Numbered from the stretch's first letter, positions 46,819-59,916 are shown. The stretch is 64,000 nt of DNA from Escherichia coli (GCF_003334315.1 NZ_QOWR01000022.1); one strand, 5' to 3'. Numbers and translations are program-made. The notes: a model not told the origin generated them from the sequence alone.

Positions 46819-48462
46819 TTATGCCGTCCGGGCAACGGCATCACGCGAAGCGGCATCGCGCTCTTCGCCCGTCAGCTCGCTAAGCTGCCCATTGCGCATT
46901 TCCAGCAGGCGGTCGGCGTGGATAAAGTAATGATCATCATGACTGATGGCGAAAATAGTTTTACCCATCTCCTGCATCAGCGGCAGCAACACCTGATAAA
47001 ACTCACGACGGAAGTGTGGATCCTGATCCGCCGCCCATTCATCCAGCAGGATAATATCGCGTTCTTCTGCCAGCGCCAGCAACAGCGCCACGCGTTTTTT
47101 CTGCCCTTTTGATAACTTCAGGTTAACAATACGCCCGTTGCTTAACTCAAGCTTATGAGCCATTTTCAGCTGCGCCAGCCACTTCTCAACCAGTTGCGGG
47201 TTAGCGGGTTTACCCTCCGGCCCCAGCAGTTGATCAAACAGCCAGACATCGGTAAACACTGCCGAAAACAGTTTGCGATAATCTTCCGGTTGTTCGCCGC
47301 TGACAGGTTTGCCATCCAGCAAGATTTCGCCGCTTTGTGGCTGATACAAGCCCGTCAACAACATCGCCAGCGTCGATTTTCCGCTACCGTTGCCGCCAAT
47401 CAGAAACAGCAGCTCGCCACGTTTGATAGTGAGATTAATCGGACCAACGGAAAACGCGTTATCCTGATAAGCAAACGTCACGTTACGCAGCTCCAGCGTT
47501 TGCCAGTTGGGAAACGCCTGCGGGCGCGGAAACTCTGCTTTGAAAGGCGCGAGCGCGAATTTGTTCAGCTTGTTAAACGCCACCTGCGCCGTCAGCAGCG
47601 TCGGCAATGCGCCAACCGCCGAAAGCAGCGGCGTACGCAGGAATAAAAGCGTCAACGAATAGGTCGCGGCAACGTTGGTATCAGCCCAACCGAGGCTGTT
47701 CGCCATCCAGAACACCAGGCCGATTGCGCCCAGCATCATGATGTTTGACCAGTTCACGGCACTAAGATGGAAGGTGTCTGCGCGAATAATATGGTGGCGA
47801 TACTCTTGCGCATCAGGAATGTAGAGGTTGTTAAACACATACTCGGCGCGTTCCCGGTTCAGAGTCAGCTCTTTGCGCCCTTCAAGTACAGTTTGAAAAT
47901 CCGTGTACAGCTTGTCTTCGGTTTCACGCAGGGTCGCCATATGTTTGTACACCCGCGCCACCAGCACAAAACCGCCCCAGATGGTGATCGCCATCCAGAT
48001 AGCCGTTACCAGCAACATTTTGCCCGACAGCATCCACAGATACGCCGCTGAACCGATAGTGAGAATGATCCCCTGCACCAGTTCCGGCAGACGCACAAAA
48101 GCAATGGTGATATTGCGCACATCGCTGGTTAACCCCGCCAGCAACGAGGCGCTACCGAGTTGTTCAATGCGCTCGACGTGAGTATCCAGAATCCGCTTGA
48201 TAAATTCACTACGCAGTCGGTAAACGAAGTGATGCCCCAAAGTGGTGAGCGCCAGTTGCGATCCGAGAGTGACTGCCATCAACAGCAGCAATAATCCCAG
48301 AAACTCCGGCAACACCAGCAGACTGGTATCCGCCGTTTCGATAAGGCGCTGATTGATAAAAGCAATTAAGCCAATGCCTAATGCCGCACTGGCGAGGCTT
48401 AGCGCCATCACACTGATAAATGGCCAGCGATACTGCCGCCAGACAAGTACAAGAAGTTCCAT
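46819..48462 (-). CDS. yojI: ABC exporter YojI (permease–ATPase fusion; microcin J25 efflux)
   Basis: 547-aa ORF with N-terminal TM domain and C-terminal Walker [10 protein letters not shown]. Confidence 0.9.
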
Positions 48463-48537
48463 GCAGAAAACCCGGACAATGAATTACAGCCCGCAGTTTA
48501 AACATCTTCGCGCGCACAGCAATAATAATTCTTATTT

Positions 48538-49188
48538 TTATTCTTTTTTACCTGCCTGACGGAATGTCAGGTTGTAGCGGCAGTCGATAGTGAGTGGATG
48601 AAACCCCGCTTTCAACGGTTGAATACCGTGATAAAACAGCCGCGATTCACCGCCCCATACCACCACATCGCCATGTTCCAACAACAAACGTTTGAGCGGA
48701 TCATTTCGTTTCAGGCCGCCAAATTGAAAAATCGCGGGTAAGCCCAGAGAAACAGAAACAATTGGCGCGCGCAGATCCGGTTCGTCTTTATCCTGATGCA
48801 GCGACAGTTTCGCGCCAGGAGCGTAGCGGTTGATAAGACAAGCATCTGGCTGGAAATCTGGATAGCCCGCCGCCGTAGCCGCACGTTGACATAAATTATG
48901 AAAACTCTGTGGCATGGCGGGCCACGGTTTATTTGTTTGCGGATCAATGGGCGAATAGAGATAACCTTGCCGATGGGTCGTCCAGCCCAGATGCCCACAG
49001 TTGGTCATCGCCACCGACATGGTATATCCCCCGGGGGTGACCATCTGGCGAAACGGCGACTGGCTGGCAACGTCATTAATATCGCGGATCAGTTGCTCCG
49101 CAGCGTTAAAAGCAAAACGCCGTAAAATTACCGCACCAGCCGCCAGTGGCTCTTGCCACGGTTCAGCATCGGCAAACAGATCCAACAT
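48538..49188 (-). CDS. alkB: Fe(II)/2-oxoglutarate-dependent DNA/RNA demethylase AlkB
   Basis: 216-aa ORF; start overlaps the ada stop. Confidence 0.95.
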   Translation of the reverse strand: MLDLFADAEPWQEPLAAGAVILRRFAFNAAEQLIRDINDVASQSPFRQMVTPGGYTMSVAMTNCGHLGWTTHRQGYLYSPIDPQTNKPWPAMPQSFHNLCQRAATAAGYPDFQPDACLINRYAPGAKLSLHQDKDEPDLRAPIVSVSLGLPAIFQFGGLKRNDPLKRLLLEHGDVVVWGGESRLFYHGIQPLKAGFHPLTIDCRYNLTFRQAGKKE

Positions 49189-50252
49189 TACCTCTCCTCA
49201 TTTTCAGCTTCGCGGCGCAGCAGTTGCGCTTTACGCGACACGCCCCAGCGGTAACCGGAAAGTGTGCCATCACCACGGACCACCCGATGACAGGGTATTA
49301 TGATAGCCAGCTTGTTGGCGGCACAGGCGCTGGCAACGGCCCGTACCGCTTTCGGTTTGCCGATGGCGTTAGCCAGTTGCTGATAACTGACGGTTTCACC
49401 GCAAGGTATCGTGCGCAGTGCCTGCCAGACTTGTTGCTGAAAAGCAGTGCCGCGAATGTCCAGCGGTAACGTCAGCGGCGTATCGCGTTGATTGAGGCTG
49501 GCGATCACTTCACGCACATGTTGCTGAAACATCAGATCGGCAGGCGCGTTGTCGGCAGCGGGAAACATCTGCTGCAACTCGCTGATTAGTGTCGCGTCAT
49601 CATCGCCCAGCAATATCGCGCAAATCCCCCGCTCGCTTTCTGCCACCAGGCAACGACCCAGCTCACAATCAGCCAGCGCGTAACGCACCGCCAGATTTTC
49701 GCCACCGTGACGGAATTGTTTAGCCGTCATGCCCAGCGTTTCGTCAGCTTTGCGATAGTAACTGCTGCTGTCGGGGAATCCGGCGTTAAAAATAGACGTC
49801 GTCACGCTCTCCCCTTTCGCCAGCGATTCGCGCAAACGGCGAGCGCGCCAGGCCTGTTGCCAGGCTTTAGGCGTCATTCCGGTAGTCGCTTTAAACAACC
49901 GATGTAGATGAAATGGACTCATCGCCACCTGGTCGGCTAAGGCTTCCAGCGTTACAGGCGTTTCCTGTTCCAGCAGTCGACACGCGTGGGTGATTTTATC
50001 CAACCGATGTTGCTGGGCATTGGCTTTTTCTGGCTGACAACGTTTGCAGGGGCGAAAGCCAGCGGCGAGTGCCTCGCTGGCATTTGCGTAGAAGGAGACG
50101 TTTTCCCGCAAAGCATGTCTGGCGCGGCAAGACGGACGGCAAAAGATGCCTGTGGTACGCACGGCGAAAACGAATTCGCCGTCGGCATTCGGGTCGCGGG
50201 CTAAGACAGATTGCCAGCGTTGATCGTCAGTTAAGCATGTGGCTTTTTTCAT
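49188..50252 (-). CDS. ada: Bifunctional Ada: transcriptional regulator / O6-methylguanine-DNA methyltransferase
   Basis: 354-aa ORF with N-terminal Cys cluster and C-terminal PCHRV active-site motif. Confidence 0.95.
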   Translation of the reverse strand: MKKATCLTDDQRWQSVLARDPNADGEFVFAVRTTGIFCRPSCRARHALRENVSFYANASEALAAGFRPCKRCQPEKANAQQHRLDKITHACRLLEQETPVTLEALADQVAMSPFHLHRLFKATTGMTPKAWQQAWRARRLRESLAKGESVTTSIFNAGFPDSSSYYRKADETLGMTAKQFRHGGENLAVRYALADCELGRCLVAESERGICAILLGDDDATLISELQQMFPAADNAPADLMFQQHVREVIASLNQRDTPLTLPLDIRGTAFQQQVWQALRTIPCGETVSYQQLANAIGKPKAVRAVASACAANKLAIIIPCHRVVRGDGTLSGYRWGVSRKAQLLRREAENEER

Positions 50253-50325
50253 AATCAGCTCCCTGGTTAAGGATAGCCTTTAGGCTGCCCGGTCACCATC
50301 ACGCAAAAACCAACAATCTTGCGCT

Positions 50326-51381
50326 TTAATTTTTTTCGCTGACAAGGAAGCTTTTAAACTGTGGTGACATCCAGGTTTTAAAGCTATCGCCTTCTTTGGT
50401 GATCATATAAACCGCCAGCCCTTCCCGGCGAACAACCTCTTTAGCTTTCTCCGGCCCGAGTACCATCAAGCCAGTATCCCAGGCATCGGCTTCCAGCGCC
50501 GTCGGAGCAATCACCGTCACGGATACCAGATTGTGTTCGATGGGACGCCCGGTTTGCGGATCGATAACATGGGAAAGACGTTTGCCGTCCAGTTCGTAAT
50601 AGTTACGGTAGCTGCCAGAGGTGCTAATCCCATGACCGTTGATATCCACCACAGCCTGAACCGCGTTTTCTTTATCGGTTGGTTTTTGAATCGCTACCCG
50701 CCACGGCAGGCCTTCACCGTTCATACCACGGCTGTTCAGCGCGCCGCCCACCGACACCAGATAGCGGGAAATCCCTTCCTGCTCCATCAAGCGTGCCAAA
50801 TGATCGGCCGCATAGCCTTCGCCGACGGTGGAGAGATCGACATATAAATCCGGCAGGTCTTTTTGCAGATATTGCTGATGCGACTGATTGATGACCGTCA
50901 GGTGCTGTAAGCCGGTTTTGGCTTTCATCGCATCGATCTGTTCCTGGCTCGGAATTTGAACCGGCTGTTGTTCCGGGCCAAAGCCCCACAGATTCACCAG
51001 CGGCCCGACGGTTATATCCATCGCGCCATCGGTCTTCGCGCCAATGCGCAGCGAGGTGGTGACGATATCGGCCATCGCTTCACTTACCGGCCACGGCGAT
51101 AAACTTTGCGAGTCGTTAAAGCGCATCAGCGCGGAATCTTTTTTATAGGTCGAAAGCAGCTGATCGTCGGCGTCCAGTTGGGTCTGAATCTTTTCTTTAA
51201 GTTCGGCGCTGCGTTTGGCGTCAATGCCCGGGATGCTGGCACGCCAGAAGGTACCCATAGTTTTGCCTTCAAGAACGGTAACTTCAGTAGCGTGGGTTTT
51301 GGCGGGTTGTGGTTTTTGATCGCAACCAACAAAGAAGAGCGCGGCAGCCAGCAGTGCCACGCGGGTAAAGCTTATTTCCAT
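50326..51381 (-). CDS. apbE: FAD:protein FMN transferase ApbE (lipoprotein)
   Basis: 351-aa ORF with lipoprotein signal (FFVGC). Confidence 0.92.
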   Translation of the reverse strand: MEISFTRVALLAAALFFVGCDQKPQPAKTHATEVTVLEGKTMGTFWRASIPGIDAKRSAELKEKIQTQLDADDQLLSTYKKDSALMRFNDSQSLSPWPVSEAMADIVTTSLRIGAKTDGAMDITVGPLVNLWGFGPEQQPVQIPSQEQIDAMKAKTGLQHLTVINQSHQQYLQKDLPDLYVDLSTVGEGYAADHLARLMEQEGISRYLVSVGGALNSRGMNGEGLPWRVAIQKPTDKENAVQAVVDINGHGISTSGSYRNYYELDGKRLSHVIDPQTGRPIEHNLVSVTVIAPTALEADAWDTGLMVLGPEKAKEVVRREGLAVYMITKEGDSFKTWMSPQFKSFLVSEKN

Positions 51382-51451
51382 ACGTGATTATCCTCATGCG
51401 AACGGTCGCAAGAGTACACCAAAAAACTGAGTTTGTACGCTGAAAACAATG

Positions 51452-51478
51452 AAAAAAGGGCCCGCAGGCCCTTTGTTC
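51452..51478 (-). terminator. Rho-independent terminator downstream of ompC
   Basis: Hairpin agggcc-tgc-gggccct followed by TTTTTT on the minus strand. Confidence 0.75.
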
Positions 51479-51492
51479 GATATCAATCGAGA

Positions 51493-52638
<1,146 letters not shown>

Positions 52639-52754
52639 TTATATGCCTTTATTTGCTTTTTTATGCCACTGCATACTGATTAACCCTCATTAATCAGTCG
52701 GCAAGTCCATTCTCCCCAAAAATGCAGAATAATCCAACACGAATATGATACTAA

Positions 52755-52810
52755 AACTTTTAAGATGTTTCATTTATCGCTATAGATGTTTCAAAATGTA
52801 AATGCAAGGG
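52755..52810. promoter_or_regulatory. OmpR-binding boxes in the ompC/micF divergent control region
   Basis: Reverse complement of 52782..52804 is GCATTTACATTTTGAAACATCTA (OmpR C-box-like); a second similar box lies at 52761..52780. Confidence 0.65.
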
Positions 52811-52957
52811 AACTTTTTAAGATTATTGCGGAATGGCGAAATAAGCACCTAACATCAAGCAATAATAATTCAAGGTTAAAATCAATAACTTATTCTTAAG
52901 TATTTGACAGCACTGAATGTCAAAACAAAACCTTCACTCGCAACTAGAATAACTCCC

Positions 52958-53050
52958 GCTATCATCATTAACTTTATTTATTACCGTCATTCATTTCTGA
53001 ATGTCTGTTTACCCCTATTTCAACCGGATGCCTCGCATTCGGTTTTTTTT
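52958..53050 (+). ncRNA. micF: MicF small antisense RNA (regulator of ompF mRNA)
   Basis: GCTATCATCATTAACTTTATTTATTACCGTCATTCATTTCTGAATGTCTGTTTACCCCTATTTCAACCGGATGCCTCGCATTCGGTTTTTTTT matches micF as recalled; it ends in its own intrinsic terminator and lies divergent from ompC. Confidence 0.9.
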
Positions 53051-53361
53051 ACCCTTCTTTACACACTTTTCATTATTCTGTGCTACCACATAAAAACTAT
53101 AACGCTTGTTAACTATTTCACAAATAATTAACATCAGCATAATTTCCAGCAATCTTTGTTTATTTGCAATTATTTTCGCTGGGCTTTTTGTAGGTTATTT
53201 GTACAGCAAAATGGCGCTTGTACATCTATTTCCCCCAATGCAGGATGATAAATATCACGGGAGAATAGAGAATCATCAATCAGGTAAGAGTCTGGAATTT
53301 CACACTGTACCCTTTATACTGCCCTATCACTTCGCGAAGTTTTAACAGGTCATAAACACGA

Positions 53362-56034
53362 ATGCGTCAGAAAGAGACAACGGCCACGACCCGCTTTTCA
53401 CTCCTACCGGGGAGCATTACCCGCTTCTTTTTACTGTTGATCATTGTGTTACTGGTGACGATGGGTGTAATGGTACAAAGCGCCGTTAACGCCTGGCTGA
53501 AAGATAAAAGTTACCAGATTGTCGACATTACCCATGCTATCCAAAAGCGCGTCGATAACTGGCGTTACGTGACCTGGCAGATCTACGACAACATTGCCGC
53601 GACGACCTCCCCCTCCTCCGGCGAAGGTTTACAAGAGACGCGCCTGAAACAGGATGTCTACTATCTGGAGAAACCACGCCGCAAAACGGAAGCGTTAATC
53701 TTTGGCTCTCACGACAACTCAACGCTTGAGATGACTCAGCGGATGTCCACTTATCTGGATACATTGTGGGGCGCAGAAAATGTACCGTGGTCGATGTATT
53801 ACCTGAATGGTCAGGATAACAGTCTGGTGCTGATCTCAACCCTACCCCTTAAAGATCTCACCTCCGGATTTAAAGAATCGACCGTCAGCGACATTGTTGA
53901 TTCACGTCGTGCAGAGATGTTGCAACAGGCCAACGCCCTCGATGAACGCGAAAGCTTTTCTAACATGCGCCGCCTGGCCTGGCAGAACGGTCATTACTTT
54001 ACATTGCGTACTACCTTTAACCAGCCAGGACATCTGGCAACGGTCGTGGCTTTTGATCTGCCGATTAATGATTTGATCCCACCGGGTATGCCGCTGGACA
54101 GTTTCCGCCTTGAGCCAGACGCGACGGCAACGGGAAACAATGATAATGAGAAAGAAGGGACGGATAGCGTCAGTATCCACTTTAACAGTACGAAGATTGA
54201 AATCTCCTCGGCACTCAACTCTACCGATATGCGCCTGGTCTGGCAGGTTCCTTATGGCACCTTATTGCTGGATACGTTGCAAAACATTCTGCTGCCACTG
54301 CTGCTGAACATCGGTTTGCTGGCGCTGGCGTTATTTGGCTATACCACATTCCGCCATTTCTCCAGCCGCAGTACAGAAAACGTCCCCAGCACGGCGGTCA
54401 ATAACGAATTGCGCATTTTACGGGCAATCAATGAAGAGATAGTCTCACTGCTGCCGCTCGGCCTGCTGGTTCACGATCAGGAATCGAACCGCACTGTCAT
54501 AAGTAACAAAATTGCCGATCATTTGCTGCCGCATTTGAATCTGCAAAACATCACCACCATGGCGGAACAGCATCAGGGGATTATTCAGGCGACGATCAAT
54601 AACGAGCTGTATGAGATCCGCATGTTCCGCAGCCAGGTCGCGCCGCGCACACAAATTTTCATTATTCGCGATCAGGATCGCGAAGTGCTGGTAAACAAGA
54701 AACTCAAGCAGGCGCAGCGTCTGTATGAGAAAAACCAGCAGGGGCGGATGATCTTTATGAAAAACATTGGCGATGCGCTGAAAGAACCCGCACAGTCCCT
54801 GGCGGAGAGCGCGGCTAAACTCAACGCCCCGGAAAGCAAACAACTGGCGAATCAGGCAGATGTGCTGGTGCGGCTGGTTGATGAAATACAGTTAGCGAAC
54901 ATGCTTGCGGATGATAGCTGGAAAAGTGAGACGGTGCTGTTCTCCGTGCAGGATTTAATTGATGAAGTTGTGCCTTCAGTGTTGCCTGCCATCAAGCGTA
55001 AAGGTCTGCAACTGCTGATTAACAATCATCTGAAAGCACACGATATGCGCCGCGGCGATCGCGATGCCTTACGACGTATTTTGCTGCTACTGATGCAATA
55101 TGCCGTGACCTCAACGCAATTGGGAAAAATCACCCTTGAGGTTGATCAGGATGAGTCCTCCGAAGACCGCCTGACGTTCCGCATTCTGGACACGGGAGAA
55201 GGCGTAAGTATTCATGAAATGGATAATTTGCACTTCCCGTTTATCAACCAGACCCAAAACGATCGCTATGGCAAGGCGGACCCGCTGGCATTCTGGCTGA
55301 GCGATCAACTGGCACGTAAACTGGGCGGTCATTTAAACATCAAAACGCGGGATGGGCTTGGTACACGCTACTCTGTGCATATCAAAATGCTCGCAGCTGA
55401 CCCGGAAGTTGAAGAGGAAGAAGAGCGTTTACTGGATGATGTCTGCGTAATGGTGGATGTTACTTCGGCAGAAATTCGGAATATTGTCACTCGCCAGTTA
55501 GAAAATTGGGGTGCAACCTGTATCACACCCGATGAAAGATTAATTAGTCAAGATTATGATATCTTTTTAACGGATAATCCGTCTAATCTTACTGCCTCTG
55601 GCTTGCTTTTAAGCGATGATGAGTCTGGCGTACGGGAAATTGGGCCTGGTCAATTGTGCGTCAACTTCAATATGAGCAACGCTATGCAGGAAGCGGTCTT
55701 ACAATTAATTGAAGTGCAACTGGCGCAGGAAGAGGTGACAGAATCGCCTCTGGGCGGAGATGAAAATGCGCAACTCCATGCCAGCGGCTATTATGCGCTC
55801 TTTGTAGACACAGTACCGGATGATGTTAAGAGGCTGTATACTGAAGCAGCAACCAGTGACTTTGCTGCGTTAGCCCAAACGGCTCATCGTCTTAAAGGCG
55901 TATTTGCCATGCTAAATCTGGTACCCGGCAAGCAGTTATGTGAAACGCTGGAACATCTGATTCGTGAGAAGGATGTTCCAGGAATAGAAAAATACATCAG
56001 CGACATTGACAGTTATGTCAAGAGCTTGCTGTAG
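53362..56034 (+). CDS. rcsD: Rcs phosphorelay phosphotransfer protein RcsD (YojN)
   Basis: 890-aa ORF with N-terminal TM/periplasmic region, degenerate kinase-like domain and C-terminal HPt domain. Confidence 0.93.
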   Translation: MRQKETTATTRFSLLPGSITRFFLLLIIVLLVTMGVMVQSAVNAWLKDKSYQIVDITHAIQKRVDNWRYVTWQIYDNIAATTSPSSGEGLQETRLKQDVYYLEKPRRKTEALIFGSHDNSTLEMTQRMSTYLDTLWGAENVPWSMYYLNGQDNSLVLISTLPLKDLTSGFKESTVSDIVDSRRAEMLQQANALDERESFSNMRRLAWQNGHYFTLRTTFNQPGHLATVVAFDLPINDLIPPGMPLDSFRLEPDATATGNNDNEKEGTDSVSIHFNSTKIEISSALNSTDMRLVWQVPYGTLLLDTLQNILLPLLLNIGLLALALFGYTTFRHFSSRSTENVPSTAVNNELRILRAINEEIVSLLPLGLLVHDQESNRTVISNKIADHLLPHLNLQNITTMAEQHQGIIQATINNELYEIRMFRSQVAPRTQIFIIRDQDREVLVNKKLKQAQRLYEKNQQGRMIFMKNIGDALKEPAQSLAESAAKLNAPESKQLANQADVLVRLVDEIQLANMLADDSWKSETVLFSVQDLIDEVVPSVLPAIKRKGLQLLINNHLKAHDMRRGDRDALRRILLLLMQYAVTSTQLGKITLEVDQDESSEDRLTFRILDTGEGVSIHEMDNLHFPFINQTQNDRYGKADPLAFWLSDQLARKLGGHLNIKTRDGLGTRYSVHIKMLAADPEVEEEEERLLDDVCVMVDVTSAEIRNIVTRQLENWGATCITPDERLISQDYDIFLTDNPSNLTASGLLLSDDESGVREIGPGQLCVNFNMSNAMQEAVLQLIEVQLAQEEVTESPLGGDENAQLHASGYYALFVDTVPDDVKRLYTEAATSDFAALAQTAHRLKGVFAMLNLVPGKQLCETLEHLIREKDVPGIEKYISDIDSYVKSLL

Positions 56035-56050
56035 CAAGGTAGCCTATTAC

Positions 56051-56701
56051 ATGAACAATATGAACGTAATTATTGCCGATGACCATCCGATAGTCTTGTT
56101 CGGTATTCGCAAATCACTTGAGCAAATTGAGTGGGTGAATGTTGTCGGCGAATTTGAAGACTCTACAGCACTGATCAACAACCTGCCGAAACTGGATGCG
56201 CATGTGTTGATTACCGATCTCTCCATGCCTGGCGATAAGTACGGCGATGGCATTACCTTAATCAAGTACATCAAGCGCCATTTCCCAAGCCTGTCGATCA
56301 TTGTTCTGACTATGAACAACAACCCGGCGATTCTTAGTGCGGTATTGGATCTGGATATCGAAGGGATCGTGCTGAAACAAGGTGCACCGACCGATCTGCC
56401 GAAAGCTCTCGCCGCGCTGCAGAAAGGGAAGAAATTTACCCCGGAAAGCGTTTCTCGCCTGTTGGAAAAAATCAGTGCTGGTGGTTACGGTGACAAGCGT
56501 CTCTCGCCAAAAGAGAGTGAAGTTCTGCGCCTGTTTGCGGAAGGCTTCCTGGTGACCGAGATCGCTAAAAAGCTGAACCGCAGTATTAAAACCATCAGTA
56601 GCCAGAAGAAATCTGCGATGATGAAGCTGGGTGTCGAGAACGATATCGCCCTGCTGAATTATCTCTCTTCAGTGACCTTAAGTCCGGCAGATAAAGACTA
56701 A
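56051..56701 (+). CDS. rcsB: Rcs response regulator RcsB
   Basis: 216-aa product starting MNNMNVIIADDHPIVLFGIRKSLEQ... Confidence 0.95.
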   Translation: MNNMNVIIADDHPIVLFGIRKSLEQIEWVNVVGEFEDSTALINNLPKLDAHVLITDLSMPGDKYGDGITLIKYIKRHFPSLSIIVLTMNNNPAILSAVLDLDIEGIVLKQGAPTDLPKALAALQKGKKFTPESVSRLLEKISAGGYGDKRLSPKESEVLRLFAEGFLVTEIAKKLNRSIKTISSQKKSAMMKLGVENDIALLNYLSSVTLSPADKD

Positions 56702-56704
56702 TCA

Positions 56705-56900
<196 letters not shown>

Positions 56901-59750
56901 CTACGAATCCCGCGATTTCCTGACCCTCTCGGCATATAACGTCAGCGTCTGTTTTATCACATCCAGCATTACCGGCTTCGACAGGCAGCTGTCCATACCG
57001 GACTCCAGACACCGCTGCTTCTCTTCAGCCAACGCATTAGCAGTTACTCCGATTACCGGCAACGTCAGTCCCAACTGACGAATGCGTTGCGTCAAGCGGT
57101 AACCATCCATATTTGGCATGTTGACGTCGCTAAGCACGATATCAATATGATTCTTGCTAAGTACATTAAGCGCATCGACGCCATCATTCGCGGTTTTACA
57201 TTGATAGCCCAACGATCCCAACTGATCTGCCAGCAAACGCCGGTTAATCGGATGATCATCCACGACAAGAATCATCATATCGTCATTATCGCTGACCGCT
57301 TTGTCCGTTGACGGCAGAGCGTTAGCAGGATCGTCGCTCTCCATCTCGATCAAATAAATACGCGCCAACAATGCCGGTAGCTCATGCGGAGCAGCCACAC
57401 TGTGTACCCACTCCCCTGGCGCTTTCTCCAGCGGAATACCAATATGGCGACGACAGAAGGTCACTACCGCTCTGCCCTGCCATTTTTTACTCACTACCTC
57501 GTCAGTGATCAACACATCTTCGGGAGTCGGTTCCTGCCCTTCGTATGTTGTAACGACGATGCCGCTGCGCTGCAAACTGGTTTCCAGGAACTGACAGAGC
57601 GACGCATTGCGGACCGCCAGCCAGCAGCGTTTACCACTCAACCCTTCCACGCCTTTTTTCTGCGGGTACTGAGCGCCGTACAACGGAATACGCACGGTAA
57701 ACTGGCTGCCCATTCCCGGTTCTGAATCTACCGAGATATCGCCGTCCATCATGCTGATCAGTTTTTCACAAATCGCCAGACCCAGACCGGTCCCCTGGAA
57801 ATTACGCTGTACGCCCGTTCCGACCTGGAAGAAGGGATCAAACAAGCGCACCACTTCTTTCGCCGGTATCCCCACGCCGGTATCGCGAACACGGATAGAG
57901 AGATAATCGCCATCCGCGCGAACATGCAAAACTATACAGCCGGTATCGGTGAATTTTATGGCGTTACTCAACAGGTTGGAGATGACCTGCTGTAAACGCA
58001 TCGGGTCGCCATTTAAGGCCACTGGCACATCCGGTTCAATAAAGCAGTACAAGCCTAACTGCTTGCGTACCACCAGCGGTAAATAGTTGGCGGTGATGTG
58101 GTTCATCACTTCACGCGGTGAAAACTCACGCGGTTCGATCTTCAACTGTTCCGATTCAATCTTCGAGAAATCGAGAATATCGCTGATAATTTTCAACAAC
58201 AGGCTGGAAGAGTTGTTCATTGCCGTCACCAGCCGATCGACGCCTTTCGGTAACTCTTTGGTTTGCAACAGATCCAGGTTACCGATAATGCCATACAGCG
58301 GCGTTCGCAGCTCATGACTGACGGTGGCAAGGAACATCGATTTTGACTGGCTCGCCTGTTCCGCTGCTTGTGCCATCTCCTGCAACGACTCTTCCATCTT
58401 CACGCGCGAAGAAACATCCACCAGCACACAAATGGCCACGTTTTCATTACGATAGCGCGAATGGACGAAGCTGATTTGCAGATTGGTATTGTTGCTGGTC
58501 AGGACATCAACAAAATTGACCTGCTGCCCACAGATAATTTGCGTCAGTCGTTGGCGGTCCTCATGCGTAAGCATATTGAGATAGGTATGCGCCAGTTCGT
58601 TACTTAAAATATTGACGCCATCAGCGGTACGCAAAATGCAGATACCCACTGGCGCGGAGGCGACAATCTTGCGATTGAACTGCTCATGTTCTTCCAGTCG
58701 CAGGGCGTCGCTTTCCGCCGGAATGAAAATACGTCGCTCGTACATCCGTGCGAGAGTAAACAATGCAGCTCCGGCAAGCACATTCAGCAAAATTGCGTTA
58801 AGGATCAACATGCGAATGCGTTCCAGCACCTTATCAACCGGCACCGAATACACGATGCTTAGCGATGAGGGTGGCAGATTTTTCTTCAGCACCAGCTCCC
58901 GGAACCCTTCCGTATAGCCAAACCAGGAGCGTTCCTGCATCCAGCGAGGATCGCCCTTAATTTTACTTTCTGGTCCGGTAAGCGAAATCAGGGTATGACC
59001 ATTTTCATCAAGAATGGTAACCCCCATCGGCAACGTACCCGGTAAGAAAAAGTTTTCCATCCGGATGGTCTGCTCGACACCCAAAAGCGCCTGCAACCGG
59101 TTCGCCAGATAAACTGGCGTCAACGCGTAAAAATACCCGACGCCAGGGCGCGGACCTTCGCTGATCCAGTAGAGGTTACTGCCGCTATCATCTTGTGGTG
59201 CATTTCGATATTTATTGATGCGTTCATGCAAAGCTTTCAACGCGGTATCGCGTTCCACTGGCATATCACGCAGACCGAAATTGGCCATGCAGAGGTTATC
59301 ACTGCCGATTAAAAATACCCGGTTGAGATCGTAAGCCGCAGAAAAATTATCGCGCCAGTAGCGCATAAACCACGCCAATGACTCCAGAGAACCTCGCCAG
59401 GTGTTACTCATCGCGGAACAATCGGAGTCGGCAAACAGCGGTTCAAACGCAGGCACATCCGCCTGCGTTTCTCGTCCACGCGGGGAAAGCACACCGTTCT
59501 CTGCCGATAAGCGATTTTCGGCGATGTACTTCAGCTCTTTCATCACATCAGAGGTGCGTTGAATAAAGCGCTGAGCCTGATCGGAACTCAGATTAAATTC
59601 CTGACGAATTTCCGATTCTCGCTGATGTAACGCATTAACGATGTAAAAAACGGATGAAAAAGCAATCAACAGCCAGAGCACTAACGCCAATGCTCTGAAC
59701 ATGTAGCGCGAGGCTTTCAGGGTTGTACGAAAAGAAGCAAGGTATTTCAA
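56901..59750 (-). CDS. rcsC: Rcs hybrid sensor histidine kinase RcsC
   Basis: 949-aa ORF with TM/periplasmic domain, HisKA (H-box SHELRTP), HATPase and C-terminal receiver domain. Confidence 0.95.
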   Translation of the reverse strand: MKYLASFRTTLKASRYMFRALALVLWLLIAFSSVFYIVNALHQRESEIRQEFNLSSDQAQRFIQRTSDVMKELKYIAENRLSAENGVLSPRGRETQADVPAFEPLFADSDCSAMSNTWRGSLESLAWFMRYWRDNFSAAYDLNRVFLIGSDNLCMANFGLRDMPVERDTALKALHERINKYRNAPQDDSGSNLYWISEGPRPGVGYFYALTPVYLANRLQALLGVEQTIRMENFFLPGTLPMGVTILDENGHTLISLTGPESKIKGDPRWMQERSWFGYTEGFRELVLKKNLPPSSLSIVYSVPVDKVLERIRMLILNAILLNVLAGAALFTLARMYERRIFIPAESDALRLEEHEQFNRKIVASAPVGICILRTADGVNILSNELAHTYLNMLTHEDRQRLTQIICGQQVNFVDVLTSNNTNLQISFVHSRYRNENVAICVLVDVSSRVKMEESLQEMAQAAEQASQSKSMFLATVSHELRTPLYGIIGNLDLLQTKELPKGVDRLVTAMNNSSSLLLKIISDILDFSKIESEQLKIEPREFSPREVMNHITANYLPLVVRKQLGLYCFIEPDVPVALNGDPMRLQQVISNLLSNAIKFTDTGCIVLHVRADGDYLSIRVRDTGVGIPAKEVVRLFDPFFQVGTGVQRNFQGTGLGLAICEKLISMMDGDISVDSEPGMGSQFTVRIPLYGAQYPQKKGVEGLSGKRCWLAVRNASLCQFLETSLQRSGIVVTTYEGQEPTPEDVLITDEVVSKKWQGRAVVTFCRRHIGIPLEKAPGEWVHSVAAPHELPALLARIYLIEMESDDPANALPSTDKAVSDNDDMMILVVDDHPINRRLLADQLGSLGYQCKTANDGVDALNVLSKNHIDIVLSDVNMPNMDGYRLTQRIRQLGLTLPVIGVTANALAEEKQRCLESGMDSCLSKPVMLDVIKQTLTLYAERVRKSRDS

Positions 59751-59916
59751 AGGGGCGAAGCTCCGCCTCAGGTGACCGATGGAGTGTGGTTAAGGTAGCG
59801 GTAAAAGCGTGTTACCGCAATGTTCTCTCTTCTCTGGAATATGATACACCGCCGAGAAATCATCACCTTAACCTCTGATAATCGTCATATACCGGACAAG
59901 ACTAGTGGATTTCAGC